This document shows positions 38,265-51,598 of a stretch of 64,000 nt of DNA, one piece after another. The DNA is taken from positions 192,200,001 through 192,264,000 of the forward strand of contig OX597815.1 in NCBI GenBank assembly GCA_951406725.2, given 5' to 3'. The first letter of the stretch is position 1. Every line of letters begins with the position of its first letter. The DNA comes from Octopus vulgaris (lineage: Eukaryota). The position numbers were made by a program, and so were the translations under genes. The notes under the pieces were generated by a model. It had not been told where the DNA came from. It saw nothing but the letters and a program-made list of their open reading frames with translations, and did no database searches.

Positions 38265-40264
38265 GCTGATTCTAAGGAGCATATCTATGTCCTGGATCCT
38301 TTGCCACCACCAACTCTGCGTAACAAGGAAGAGACACCTCCTTCATCCGTTTCATCCCCCAACAGATACAGCTCTTCCTCGTTGTCCTCCCTGGAACTAA
38401 ACTTTCCTGAACACCAACCGCCACCTCCGCCACGTCCCATCGAATTAATCATGGAGTCACTGCCTGCAACCCCACCACGAACTTCCCCGCCTCCAATCTC
38501 CACCGTACTAACACCGCCTCCACCTCCCCCACTTCTACCACCCACAGGTGCCCCTCCACCACTGCCACTAACAACACCTCCACCACTGACATCACCTCCG
38601 CCTCCACTGCTGCCTACATCACCATCACCATCATCATCAGTGCCACAGACTCTATCTGCAGCCGCTGCGGCAGCAGTAGTCACCACAAAACTGGCTCCAG
38701 GACAACATTTAGACACCAGCATTTCAACAGAATCCCCACCCATTCCATTACGGGAAAATAAACGCAACTTGATGAACAGAAACATCACACACCGGTTCTC
38801 CTTTTCTGATTTTGGTACAGTTCAAACTAACATTCCTTCGACGTCTCATTTGGCGGCGTTACATCCAGAAATAAATAAAAGATCTCTTCGGGTAAAATCT
38901 GAAGTTTATCACAACACACCGCCTTCATATCATTCTGTGGTGTCCCGAGAGAATTCAGAAAGCAATGAAATGGCTTATGTCAGTGACAGAGACAATAATT
39001 TTCAATGCAGGGAACAAAATGAGAAAACATTTGGTGGATCAAGAGACAGTATAGAAAGCGAGTATTCTTGGGAAGGAGACAACATATATGGCTATACTTG
39101 TGATGGACGTACTTTGATCCCCAATTCCAAGACCGATCTTGTTTATTCCTACCCAGCTAATTTCAAAGTTTGTGATTTTCAGAAGTATGTCATTCACAGA
39201 TCTCAAGAATTAACCACTTCTGATGATAATACTTCATTTCATCAAAAGAAATATTTGAAAAATAGCGCCAATGAAGAAACCAATGCAAATTCTGCTGTGT
39301 TACCATCGTCTACAAACTTTTTCTCAGATTCTTCACCTTTTAAATGTGCTAGTTCTCCTACGTCACCACAATCGAAAAAATATCATAAACTTTCTTCTCG
39401 GGAAATGAAAGAAATTGACTCACTGCCATGGTTTCCTGGTTTTGGTGCCAAACCAGACCAAAGCCGTCTTTCATCGTCAATGCTTAGTTCTTCAAGTTCT
39501 GGTGTAAGTTACGAACTTCAGTTAGAGAATGCGGAGCAAAATGCTACAAACATTATAAACAATAATGTGACGTGCACTTCATGCAAACACAGGAATTGTC
39601 TTTCTTCTGCCAATTTCCCAAAGAATGGTATTCATTCAACTTCTAAACCAGAACAAATACTCTACAATAGGGAATTCCTTTCAGAAAACCTCGATCAGTT
39701 GAGCTTAACTCCAAATAACCAAAATTCAAGATATTCAAACAGTAATATGAGCTCAGATGAGGACTTCCACATGCAAAACAGCCAACATATGCAAAACATC
39801 CAACATGTGCAAAACATCCAACATGTGCAAAACATCCAACATGTGCAAAACACGCAACATGTGCAAAACACTCCACATTCAGCACCTGCAGCTTTACCTC
39901 CTCAACCCCAAATCCCTGCTAAACCACCTGTAAATATTCCTCCTGAGCAACGAGAGCATGAAGATGATACGCCTCCATTACCTCCTCCTCGAATACCCAG
40001 ACGTAGTGATATCTTTCCTCCTCGGAGACCACCCCGTCCTAACAGCTTTGTTCCTAAATCTCGCGATCAGCAAACGGAGAATGATTTAGAAACTGCTTCT
40101 TCGGATGAAAGCTTGGACAATGCTCCGAATTTTGTTACAAATCTAGCCATGAGTCAAGTCTTACAACTCAAAGAAGAGCTCAAAAAAACAAATGGCTTGA
40201 CAATTTCTGTATCTCGAACAGATATATATAACATTGCTTTTGTGGAATATGCTAAGAAAATTTG
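38265..40264 (+). CDS. Large (2000 nt) internal exon: Pro/Ser-rich disordered linker and start of PDZ-like region
   Basis: Lies within ORF 38226..40268 (680 aa). Acceptor ttttcag|GCT (phase 0); donor TG|gtaagt (phase 2). Encodes ADSKEHIYV...PPIPLR...PPLPPPRIPRR...DIYNIAFVEYAKKI-W and joins the next exon in frame. Confidence 0.92.
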
Positions 40265-40382
40265 GTAAGTTCTCATTCTTTATCATCTTTCAATGTTATA
40301 TTTTAAATTTCTTTCAATAATTTCCATACAGAGTCATTAAATTAATCTCAAAATTAATTTTTGTGTTTCAAATAATTCTATA

Positions 40383-40895
40383 TATCTATCTAATCTATGT
40401 ACTCTATCTATGTAAATTATCTATCTATCTATCAAATCTATGTACTCTATCTATGTAATCTATCTATCTAATCTATGTACTCTATCTATGTAATCTATCT
40501 ATCTATCTATCTAATCTATGTACTCTATCTATGTAATCTATCTATCTATCTATCTAATCTATGTACTCTATCAATGTAATCTATCTATCCATCTAATCTA
40601 TGTACTCTATCAATGTAATCTATCTATCCATCTAATCTATGTACTCTATCTATGTAATCTATCTATCCATCTAATCTATGTACTCTATCAATGTAATCTA
40701 TCTATCCATCTAATCTATGTACTCTATCTATGTAATCTATCTATCTATCTATCTAATCTATGTACTCTATCTATCCATCTAATCTATGTATCAATGTAAT
40801 CTATCTATCCATCTAATCTATGTACTCTATCAATGTAATCTATCTATCCATCTAATCTATGTACTCTATCTATGTAATCTATCTATCTATCTACA
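40383..40895. repeat. Intronic minisatellite, unit about 39 bp built on (TCTA)n
   Basis: tctaatctatgtactctatcaatgtaatctatctatcca repeated about 13 times. Confidence 0.9.
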
Positions 40896-41079
40896 TAGAG
40901 AGACAGAGAGAAATATAAACATACATACATACACGTATATCTATCTATCTATATATTCCAAACTATATATACATACATAAACACAAATACAGTACACCCA
41001 CACATGCGTACGCTCTCACACACACACACACACACATGTTTAAATGTAATCATAGCGATTTCCTTTTTTTTACTTCCAG

Positions 41080-41320
41080 GGTTGCTGGCTGGAATCAACG
41101 AGAATGCCCCAATCTTTACCATATTCTACATGTTGGAGATGAACTTCTCTGCCTGAACAAAGTCACTGTAGATTCTATATCTTGGTTAAAATCCCTTATA
41201 AAAAAATCAAATCAGTTTGATTTGGAAATCAAAAGAATACCAAAGGGACAATTATATATAATCAAGAAAGAAGTGGAAGCGCAGTCCCTTGGTATACAGA
41301 ACGATTCCAAAACTGGGGAA
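41080..41320 (+). CDS. Internal coding exon, PDZ-like domain
   Basis: Acceptor tacttccag|G completes TG+G = Trp; donor GAA|gtgagt. Encodes VAGWNQRECPNLYHILHVGDELLCLNKVTVDSISWLKSLIKKSNQFDLEIKRIPKGQLYIIKKEVEAQSLGIQNDSKTGE. LHVGDELL.LN is the PDZ L..GD.Il.vN motif. Confidence 0.92.
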
Positions 41321-41765
41321 GTGAGTAATAAAATAATTGTTTGCCTTCTTTAATTTTTGTTATTATCATTAATGTTATTTTTTATCATTATTATTATTAT
41401 TAAGGTGGCAAGTAAAATGGTGAGCTGGCTGAATTGTTAGCATGCTGGACAAAATGCTTAGCAGTAATTCATCTGTTGTTACATTCTGAGTTCAAATTCC
41501 ACCGTGGTTGACTTTCCCTTTCATCCTTTCAGGGTCGATAAATTAAGTACCAGTGAAACACTGGGGTTGATATAATCGACTAGTCCCCTCCCCCCAAATT
41601 TCGGGCCTTGTGCTTTTAGTAGAAAAGATTATTATTATTGGAGATGTACTCGCATAGCAAGTGATTTGATCTGAGATCATGTGCTGAAACGAAAACAATT
41701 GCAGTGTGGAAGGTGTTTGTAAGCCATTAAAGAAACACACAAAAGCCGTCTATGATCTTACTCTA

Positions 41766-42165
41766 CTCTTTTACTTGTTTCAGTCATTTCACTGTGGACA
41801 GGCTGGAGCACCGCCTTTAGTCAAGCAAATTGACTCCAGGACTTATTCTTTGTAAGCCTAGTACTTATTCTATCGATCTCTTTTGCCGAACTGCTTAGTT
41901 ACGGGGACGTAAACACACCAGCATCGGTTGTCAAGCGATGTTGGAGGACAAACACAGGCACACAAACATACACATACACACACACATGTATACATATATA
42001 TGATGAGCTTCTTTCAGTTTCCGTCTACCAAATCCACTCACTAGGCTTTGGTTGGCCTGAGGCTATAGTAGAAGACACTTGCCCAAGGTGCCACGCAGTG
42101 GGACTGAACCTGGAAACATGTGGTTGGTAAGCAAGCTACTTACTACACAGTCACTCATACGCCTG
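41766..42165 (-). mobile_element. SINE family A copy
   Basis: Full-length match to the family. Confidence 0.85.
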
Positions 42166-43465
42166 TATGGCAAAACTTATTGGGGAAGGCCATTTAAAAT
42201 CCTATAATTATTATTCTCCATCATAGCCTCTGATTTCTGTCCATTCCACTTTGCTTTTGTTTTGAAACCATTCTGCTGGCACCATGTCAAAAGCACTGAT
42301 GCTTGTGTCATGCAAAAAATGTCCATTACACTCTGCAAAAGTGGTTGTGCCTAAGGAAGGGTACCCAGCCATACAACCCATACTAAAACAGATGACTGGA
42401 GCCTGGTGCAGCCCTCCAGTTTGCCAGCATCTCTCAAACCATCCAACCCATGCCAGCAAGGAAAATCGATGTTGATAATGATGATGGTAGCATTCATCTA
42501 ACATCCCAATGCGGTCTGTTACTTAGAAAGTCATGCCTGCATTTATACACTTTTTGCTATATGAGCGTCATCGTTACCAGTGTCGCCTTACTGGCACCTG
42601 TGCCAGTGGCATGTGTAAAAAGATTCGAGCGAGGTCATTGCCAGTACTGCCTAACTGGCCTCCATGCTGGTGGCACGTAAAAGCACCCACTACACTCTCG
42701 GAGTGGTTAGCATTAGGAAGGGCATGCAGCGGTAGAAACTCTGCCAGATCAAGATTGGAGCCAGGTGCAGCCATCTGGTTTGCCAGCCCTCAGTCAAATC
42801 GTCCAACCCATGCTAGCATGGAAAGCGGACGTTAAACAATGATGATGATGAAACCACCATATGCTATATTATTTAACAGACATCATATTCTGGGGTTTGG
42901 TGTTAAAAAAGTCTTCTCAAATCTCAAGAATTTATTTTTAGAGGATTTCATGAAACTTTAAGGTAGAATAAAACTAAAACGTCCCTTACCTGAAAAAAAA
43001 AAAAAACTGATAAGGGTTTGCAGCAGAAAGGGCATCAATAACAAGTATTCATCTGATCCATGCTAGCATGAAAACCAGGCGTAAAACAAACAAATTTAGC
43101 TCGGAATGTGTATGGCCATGCTGATAATCCTTGCAACTTAAACCAGATATTAAAAAACATTAATAAAATCACTATTAAAAATATTCATCCTTGCAGCATG
43201 TTTTTCTCAAGTGCTTAATTAATCAGCTTTTATTTTATTTTCAGTCTCCAAACATTATTCGTGTTTTTTTTTCAGTCATTAACATTTTATTAAGATTATT
43301 ATATTATTAGTTTTGAAACCATTGTTATTTTATAATAATAATAATAGCATCTAAGGTTACTTGTTAGGAATTTTTTCTTTTCCAACAGTCTAATCTGTTG
43401 TGTGTATTTGAATAATAATAATATCCAGGAGTTATGACAAAACCTGTGATAAAAAGAAAAATAAA

Positions 43466-43708
43466 GATTATTATTATTATAATTATCATCAATATTATTA
43501 TTATTATGATTATTATTATCATCAATATTATTATTATTATTATCATCAATATTATTATTATTATTATCATCAATATTATTATTATTATTATCATCAATAT
43601 TATTATTATTATTATTATCATTATTATTATCACCAATATTATCACCATCATCATTATTATTATTATGGTTATCATTATTATTATTATTATTATTATTATT
43701 AATATTAT
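43466..43708. repeat. (ATT/ATC)n microsatellite abutting a splice acceptor
   Basis: Runs up to the short tttctag acceptor of exon 43717. Confidence 0.9.
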
Positions 43709-43716
43709 ATTTCTAG

Positions 43717-43860
43717 ATTCTTTCTGTTGAACCTTCGGGCTTAGCTGGCAGACAAGGTATGCAATCAACTCCAGGTAACAAGACGAAAGATAAACTGAAT
43801 CACTGGGTATTCACAGAAATTAACAGTCGACCATTGAATCTGTTTGCAAATTACACACAG
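43717..43860 (+). CDS. Internal coding exon, second PDZ-like segment
   Basis: Acceptor ttctag|ATT; donor CAG|gtaaga; 144 nt, phase 0 to 0. Encodes ILSVEPSGLAGRQGMQSTPGNKTKDKLNHWVFTEINSRPLNLFANYTQ (I..V.P.GLA...G and TEIN are PDZ-like). Not in the ORF track. Confidence 0.9.
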
Positions 43861-44479
43861 GTAAGATTCTGAAATTTATTGCCAAATTCATCAGTTTTAA
43901 AATTCAGGTAGCGAATTGGTGCAAAAGTGCAGTTGTTGGCTTGTGGTTAACAGGTTTGCTTTGTGTCCATTTAGAGCAGAAAATTATATATATATTTAGT
44001 CATCATCATCATTATCATTGTTTAACGCCTGTTTTCCATGCTGGCATGGGTTCGACAGTTTGACTGGGGACTGGCAAGCCAGGAGGTCGCACCTGGCTCT
44101 GATCTGACAATGTTTCTACTGCTGGATGCTCTTCCTAATGCCAACTACTCTCAGAGTGTAGCGGGTACCTTTTAGGTGCCACCGGCATGGAATCCAGTCA
44201 GGCGGCACTGGCATCGGCCACATTCTGCTGGGGCTATTTACATGCCATCAGCACAGGATTCAGTCAGGGCAAGCGACCACGTTTGGATGGTGTTTTTTAT
44301 GTGCCATATATATATAGCATAGCTGTGTGGTAAGAAGCTTGCTTCCCAAATACATGGTTGCAGGTTCAGTCCTTTGCATGGCACCTTGGGAAACTCTTCT
44401 ATAATAGTCTCAGGTTAACCAAAGTCTTGTGAGTGGATTTGGCAGATGGAAACTGAAAGACACCTGGCGTGTATGTATG

Positions 44480-44757
44480 TATCTCTTGCACATCACATTG
44501 ATGCTTCTTATGTTCAACATTTCTCTCAAGACACTTACACTCTGTCGTATGTGCACACTGACATTACACATCCAGCAGATCATACTAGCTTCATTTCTTT
44601 CAAGCCTACACATGTCCTCAGCAGTCATGGCCTATGTTTCACTGCTGTGTAGCCTAGCAGTTTGCACACAAGCTGGATACGGTCTACCTTTCATCCTGAG
44701 TGAGAGGCCCTTTACTTGTCAGCAGAGGTAGGAGCTCCCTAAACTTTACCCAAGCTA
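44480..44757 (-). mobile_element. RTE-clade LINE fragment
   Basis: AWVKFRELLPLLTSKG...ACVQTARLHSSET..MTAEDMCRLERNEASMICWMCNVSVHIRQSVSVLREMLNI. Confidence 0.78.
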
Positions 44758-45827
44758 TTCTTATATACATACATACATACATATATCATCATCATCGTTT
44801 AACGTCCGCTTTCCATGCTAGCATGGGTTGGACGGTTCAACTGGGGTCTGGGAAGCCAGAAGGCTGCACCAGGCCCAGTCTGATCTGGCAATGTTTCTAC
44901 AGCTGGATGCCCTTCCTAACACCAACCACTCCGTGAGTGTAGTGGGTGCTTTTTACATGCCAGACGAGGCTGGCAAATAGCCACGATCGGATGGTGCTTT
45001 TTACATGCCACCGGCACGGAGGCCAGTCGGGGCGGCGCTGGCAACGGCCACATTCGGATGGTTCTCTTACGTGCCACCGGCACTGGTATCACAGCTATAA
45101 TTTCCATTGATGTTGATCAGTTCAGTAAAATTTAGATTCAGTTGAATATGGTTCTTAAGTTGAAGGCACCAGAATTTCATATGGTATTATCCATATAATT
45201 TAAAATAAGGTGATTAAAATCAAAATAAGCAACCAAGATATCCAGAGGTAATGCAGTATGATCGTTTCATGCAACTCCATTTAATTGAACAATGCAAACA
45301 TTACATCAATTTAGTATGAAGGTATGAAATTTATAGAGATATATGATATAGAGTAATACTGTAAATAAATAAATGACTAGTTTTAAAATAAAATAAAAAA
45401 ATAAGAAAATAAAAAAATATAATCATTTGTAGAACATTATAGACACTGGGTAAAATGGTTTATATACCAAAACTATGGTAAGGTATATTTAGCTTATTTA
45501 CATCATAGATTTCATACTCAGCTTATATAAACTATGCTGGTATATTCACTATTTATAATAAAAGAAATATGCTTAGACTAAAATTGTTAATATTTATATA
45601 TAAATTTTTAACATATTCCTTTAACTTAATTTTCCTTTATTAATACCAATAATTGCCATTTAATAAATAATTATAGAGATATGTTAAGTTAGTATTTAAA
45701 TATATAAATATGGAATTATTTTTATATTTTCTGTCCCTCTATTGTGTAAAATTTTTGATATATACTGAAAGTATTCAGAAATATTCTTCTCAGTATTCTT
45801 TAGATTAACTCTAAAATGTATCTCTTT

Positions 45828-46024
45828 TACTCTTTTACTTGTTTCAGTCATTTGACAGCGGCCATGCTGGAGCACCGCCTTTAATCGAGCAACTCGACTC
45901 CGGGCCTTATTCTTTTGTAAGCCCAGTACTTATTCTATCGGTCTCTTTGCCAAACCGCTAAGTAACGGGGACATAAACACACCAGCATCGGTTGTCAAGC
46001 GATGTTGGGAGGGGACAAACACAG

Positions 46025-46087
<63 letters not shown>

Positions 46088-46253
46088 TATGACGGGCTTC
46101 TTTCAGTTTCCGTCTACCAAATCCACTCACAAGGCTTTGGTCGGCCTGAGGCTATAGTAGAAGACACTTGCCCAAGGTGCCACGCAGTGGGACTGAACCC
46201 GGAACCATGTGGTTGGTAAACAAGCTACTTACCACACAGCCACTCCTGCGCCT
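45828..46253 (-). mobile_element. SINE family A copy
   Basis: Full-length match to the family. Confidence 0.85.
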
Positions 46254-46719
46254 GTGTATATCTGTGTATATACAAATAACAAAATTGTTTTATAGTAGAT
46301 AAATGTACTGCTGCTATATGTAATCATTCTCTCTGTCCCATAAGCATTGGTCTCCAAAATTAGCAGCTAAAATCTTGTCTGAAGTATATTCTTACTGAAC
46401 CAAATGGCTTTGCTTCAAAGAAATCTTGGTTTATGACTTTGCCACTTATATTGTCTACCTATACATAAATGATACTACACTCGGTCTTCTCTTCGATTTG
46501 ATAAACTAGCCTATTAATTAAAACTGAACCCCCCCCCCAATTAGTAAATCTACATATCAGAAATAATCAGTGAAAAGCAGTGTCTTTTTTGAAAAAATCT
46601 CATTTACAACTGTGATGTTGGTGAAACATGTTCTTTGTCTATCTCCTTATCCTCTTGGCGACTTTGGATTAAAAAAATTTTACAAATGAGTCCTTTGAAT
46701 TTAACTAAATTCTGTATTT

Positions 46720-46812
46720 TAATGCAGCTGAAAATTGCTCTACATTTTAAACTGATGTAATGTTTGCATTGTTCAATTAAATGGAGTCGCATGAAACAAT
46801 CATACTGCATTA
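46720..46812 (+). ncRNA. Hammerhead-like motif, core-mutated
   Basis: taatgcag-CTGAAAA-ttgc...gcat-GAAA-caatca-TA-ctgcatta: perfect 8-bp helix I, but mutated core and helix III. Flank is related to 29690-29810 and 45125-45310. Confidence 0.5.
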
Positions 46813-46842
46813 CCTCTTGATATCCTTGTTGCTTATTTTGAT

Positions 46843-46908
<66 letters not shown>

Positions 46909-47169
46909 TATCACACACATGCATACATATACACACACAGTAATCCCTTGACATGTGAAGATGCATGAGGTTGTGAGTTCGAATCCCGGACCGGGCTCAG
47001 TGTTGTGTTCTTGAGCAAGAAAGACACTTTATTTCACGTTGATCCAGTTCACTCAACTGAGTCAAAGCAAATGCAATTAAACAGGCTTAATGCTGAGCAA
47101 CATAAGATTTATTCCTGCAAATTTGAATGAGAAATTCAAAGGTATGTGGATGCCATGAATGATTTCACA

Positions 47170-47713
47170 AATGTTCAATATGCACACCACATGCCAAGTT
47201 GGTAGTCCAAATTCTCCCTAACATGCTGCAGCATGTCTTGGGTAACATTCTCCAGTGTGGTAGTGATTCTCTGCTCGAGGTCCTCTAGGTTTGCAGGAAG
47301 AGCGGGGGACATAGATCAGGCCCTTCACATAGCCCTAGGTTTGCGCTTTCGCTTGTCATCTGCCGTTATGGCCTGAATGAGCTGCAGTTTGTAGGTTTTC
47401 AGTAGCAAGCATTTCCTCAGGATGTGCCAAACTATCGTTGGAGGAATCTGGGTTTCCAGACTTGTCTTCTTATGGACTTCTTGTATTTGGCGAAGCCGCT
47501 CGACCATCTCTTCCGATGTTAGTGGTCGTCCAGATCCTTTTGCCCTGTACAAACAGCCTTCCTCTTTTAATTTTTTGTGCCTTGTCCAAATCTGCATTGC
47601 CGTTGGTGATTTTTTAGAGAACTCTCTCACAAATGCACAATGCACAGCCTTGTTCCACTGTGTCCGAGTATACTCCAACACACAAAATGCTTTTCTCTTC
47701 CAGTGAATGCCAT
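47170..47713 (-). pseudogene. Internally deleted Tc1/mariner-superfamily transposase
   Basis: N-terminal HTH region MAFTGREK/AFCVLEYTRTQ...KGSGRPLTSEEMVERLR...TIVWHILRK.L.LKTYKLQL is joined directly to C-terminal GYVKGLIYVP/LPANLEDLEQRITTTLENVTQDML. The DDE/D core is missing. Confidence 0.8.
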
Positions 47714-47719
47714 ATCTAT

Positions 47720-48136
47720 ACTCTTTTACTCTTTTCAGTCAGCTGACAGTGGCCATGCTGGAGCACCGCCTCTTTTTAGTCGAGCAAATCAATCCCAGGA
47801 CTTATCCTTCGTAAGCCTAGTACTTATTCTATCGGTCTCTTTTGCCAAACTGCTAAGTTATGGGGATATAAACAAACCAGCATCGGATGTCAAGCGATGT
47901 TGGAGGTACAAACAGACACACAAACATATACACACACACACATACGTATATATATATATATATATATATATACGCCAGACTTCTTTCAGTTTCTGTCTAC
48001 CAAATCCACTCACAAGGCATTGGTCGGCCCGGGGCTATAGCAGAAGACACTTGCCCAAGGTGCCACGCAGTGGGACTGAACCCGGAACCATGTGGTTGAG
48101 AAGCAAGCTTCTTACCACACAGCCACACCTGTGCCT
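47720..48136 (-). mobile_element. SINE family A copy
   Basis: Full-length match to the family. Confidence 0.85.
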
Positions 48137-48973
48137 ATATATGTATATATATTATGAAATAAGCTAGATAGATATATAAGTATTATATTGGCCGATGTAT
48201 CTTTTCTTAAATGTTAAAGAAAACAGTGAAACTTATAAAATAGTGAAACATGACAGACAAAAAAAACAAAAGAAAATTAAATAACTTCTAGAATATATGA
48301 AAGACCAAAATAAATAATGAAATAACGTTAAAATGTTCAATAACTTTTAAACATTTATAATGAAAAAAAAAAAGTAATCCAAAGTTGTGAAATGCGAAAA
48401 CAATTTGTTGTTTTTTGTTTCATATTTCTGAACATTTGTGTAATTTCTATGAAATGATAATTACTATACCAGTATCGTCATGACAACGAAAAGTGATTGT
48501 AAGTTTAGACTGGTTGGTAACAGAAGTGACAATGAAATGAATATGTTTAATGATAGAGACAAGGTAAAGGAGAGAAGGTGATTCTTGCAGGGAAAGAGAG
48601 AGAGAGGGGGTGGAGTGGGGTGGGGGTGGGGGGCAGAGCTGTGGTATTCAAAACAGACAATAAAAGCGACAGCTTTATTCAAATATATTGAAATCAGAAA
48701 TTTCAAGATTTTTGTCATCGTTTCAGTTTCATCCAAAAGTTATTTAGAGTTTTTGATTTCGTATATAAATAAATGCGATTTGTGTGACAATCATTCTATA
48801 ATCTTGTATAGAAGATGAAAATAGTAACATCACCTACAGGATACAAATGCTGTGTGCCTATTGTAAAACCATATAATCAACACCGGATTAACATTAAGCA
48901 AAATAAGCATGTACTGAGGAAGACAATATAGAAATGGTAAATGGTCTACAGCACAAAATAAATTACTTTAACC

Positions 48974-49371
48974 CTTTACTCTTTTACTCGTTTCAGTCAT
49001 TTGACTTCAGCCATGCTGGAGCACCGCCTTTAGTCGAGCAAATCGACCCCGGGACTTATTCTTTGTAAGCCCAGTACTTATTCTATCGGTCTCTTTTGCC
49101 GAACCGCTAAGTGACGGGGACGTAAACACACCAGCATCGGTTGTCAAGCAATGCTAGGGGGACAAACACAGGAACACACACAAACATATACACATATATA
49201 CATATATACGACAGGCTTCTTCCAGTTTCCGTCTACCAAATCCACTCACAAGGCATTGGTCGGCCCGGGGCTATAGCAGAAGACACTTGCCCAAGATGCC
49301 ACGCAGTGGGACTGAACCCGGAACCATGTGGTTGGTTAGCAAGATACTTACCACACAGCCACTCCTGCGCC
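48974..49371 (-). mobile_element. SINE family A copy
   Basis: Full-length match; followed by a decayed piggyBac-type MITE at about 49373-49597. Confidence 0.85.
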
Positions 49372-49602
49372 TTTAACCCTTCATTTTTGAACTGGCTAAA
49401 ATATTCTGCCTGTTTTATGTTTAAACCAGCCAGATCTGGTCTCTTATTCTAGAACTAAACATTGGCCTCTTATTCTAGGACTACACTATCACATCATTAA
49501 AATCTCAAAGCTATAAAATAATACATGAATAATTTTTAGAAAATGTGAATAGATAAGCATGATGGTTGATAGAGCAATCTGAATACTAAAGGATTAAACA
49601 TG

Positions 49603-50330
49603 ATCATCATCATTGTTTAACGTCCGTTTTCTATGCTGGCATGGGTTGGACGGTTCGACTGGGGTCTGGGAAGCCAGAAGGTTGCTCCAGGCTCCAGTCT
49701 GATCTGGCAGTGTTTCTACAGCTGGATGCCTTTCCTAACACCAACCACTCTGAGAGTGTAGTGGGTGCTTTTTTTGTGCCACCGGCACAGGGGCCAGAAG
49801 AGGCTGGCAATGGCACCAACCGGTTGGTGCTTTTTATGTGCCACCAGCTCAGAAGCCAGTCAAGGTGGCGCTGGCATCGGCCATGTTCGGTTGGTGCTTT
49901 TTACGTGCCATCAACACTGGTATCACAACTACAGTTTCCATGCTAAAATAATATTCAAAGTGGTTTATATTAGCAGAAATATAATTTCAGTTTTCGCCTC
50001 GACTGGCTTCCGTGTCGGTGGCACGTAAAAAGCACCATCCGAATCGTGGCCAAAGCCAGTGCCGCCTCGACTGGCTTCCGTGCAGGTGGCACGTAAAATG
50101 CACCAATCCGACCGTGGCCGATGCCAGCCTCGCCTGGCACCAGTGCAGGTGGCACGTAAAAAGCACCCACTACACTCACGGAGTGGTTGGCGTTAGGAAG
50201 GGCATCCAGCTGTAGAAACATTGCCAGATAAGACTGGAGCCTGGTGCAGCCTTCTGGCTTCCCAGATCCCCGGTCGAACCGTCCAACCCATGCTTGCATG
50301 GAGAACGGACGTTAAACGATGATGATGATG
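49603..50330. mobile_element. Head-to-head inverted pair of SINE family C
   Basis: About 49603-49940 (-) and 49995-50330 (+), with (GAT)n tails pointing outward. Confidence 0.85.
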
Positions 50331-51332
50331 GCATCATAATGAGGATCTGATGAAAGACATTGAAATCAAAAAAAGTAGGAGAAAAATTTTCAAATATAAA
50401 TTAAGTGGAAGTACATACAAAAATAAACATTATTTTACTGATAGTTTTGTTTCATTTTGAAAAATAGAAATTTATCTTATGGTTTATTATTGTTTATTTT
50501 TTTAATTAGATATATATGGGCATAACCAGCCCTCTCAAAACTACCTTGGATCATAGGGTGACATGCCATGCTTGACGAGACCTATTAAGTCAAGTACATT
50601 AACATCAGCAATATCAAAGTCAAATCAAGTAGAAATTGTAGTTGTGAGCCCCATGCCGGTAGCAGGTAAAACGCACCATCTGACTGTGACCGATGCCAGT
50701 GCCGCTTTGACTGGCTTCCATGCTGGTGGCATGTAAAAAAAAAAACCATCTGATCATAGTTGATGCCAGCTCCTCTGGGCAAATGTCTTCTACTACAGCC
50801 TTGGGCTATATAGTAGCAGACCAGTATGTGAGTGGATTTCAGTGACAGAAACTGAAAGAATCCTGTTGAATATGTGTGTGTGTGTGTGTGTGAGTGAGTG
50901 TATCTGTGTATCTATGAGTGTGTGTCTTTGAGTCTGTGTTCGTCCCCAACCTCCACCATTTGACAACCTGTGTTTGTGTGTTTAAGTCTCTGTAACTTAG
51001 TCCCTTTTGCTGAACTGCTAATAGAATAAGTACAAGGCTTAAGAAATGAGTTCTGGGGTAAATTTGTTCATCTATAAACCCTTCAAGGTGTTGCCCCAGC
51101 ATGGCCACAGTCAAATGACTGAAACAAGTAAAAAAAATTAATATATGAATATACGCAATATTAAGAGAAAGAAAGAGTTGCATGTTTTGCGTATGAGATT
51201 TTAAGTATTTTTAATGCATTTTTTTTCCTCCATACTGACACACACAAAAATGGTTTGCATGTCTGAATATGTATTTCTTTGGCATTGAAATTATGTATTT
51301 ATCTGTGTGTTTGTGTGTTTTGTATATGCATA

Positions 51333-51598
51333 CAGTAATCTTTCGACTATCATGGGTGTTACATTCCAAAACTTTCCACAGAAATGATTAAAATCTAAAG
51401 AAATATAAAGACCTATTGGCTGCAGAAACCCGTGAAATACTAAAGAGTCCATGATATAAATTTCATTATATTAACTAGAAATATCTGCGATGTACTGAGT
51501 GCGCAATAGGTGAACCGTGATGCGCTGAGAGCGCGACAGGTAAACCGCAATGTACTGAGTGTGTGACAGATGAACCGTGATATGGCAAGGAATTACTG
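51333..51598. mobile_element. Tc1/mariner (pogo/Tigger-like) MITE with TA target-site duplication
   Basis: TA|CAGTAATC...GAATTACTG|TA; three 30-bp subterminal repeats (gcgatgtactgagtgcgcaataggtgaacc) at about 51487-51580. Confidence 0.72.

Noticed and set aside
38285-38788. Gly-rich minus-strand ORF
   Set aside because: Antisense shadow of the proline-rich exon.
40383-40895. CRISPR-like periodicity here and at 51487-51580 and 56235-56890
   Set aside because: Tandem units without unique spacers, eukaryotic context, no cas genes.
48606-48632. G-run cluster able to form a G-quadruplex
   Set aside because: Isolated mid-intron low-complexity run with no supporting context.
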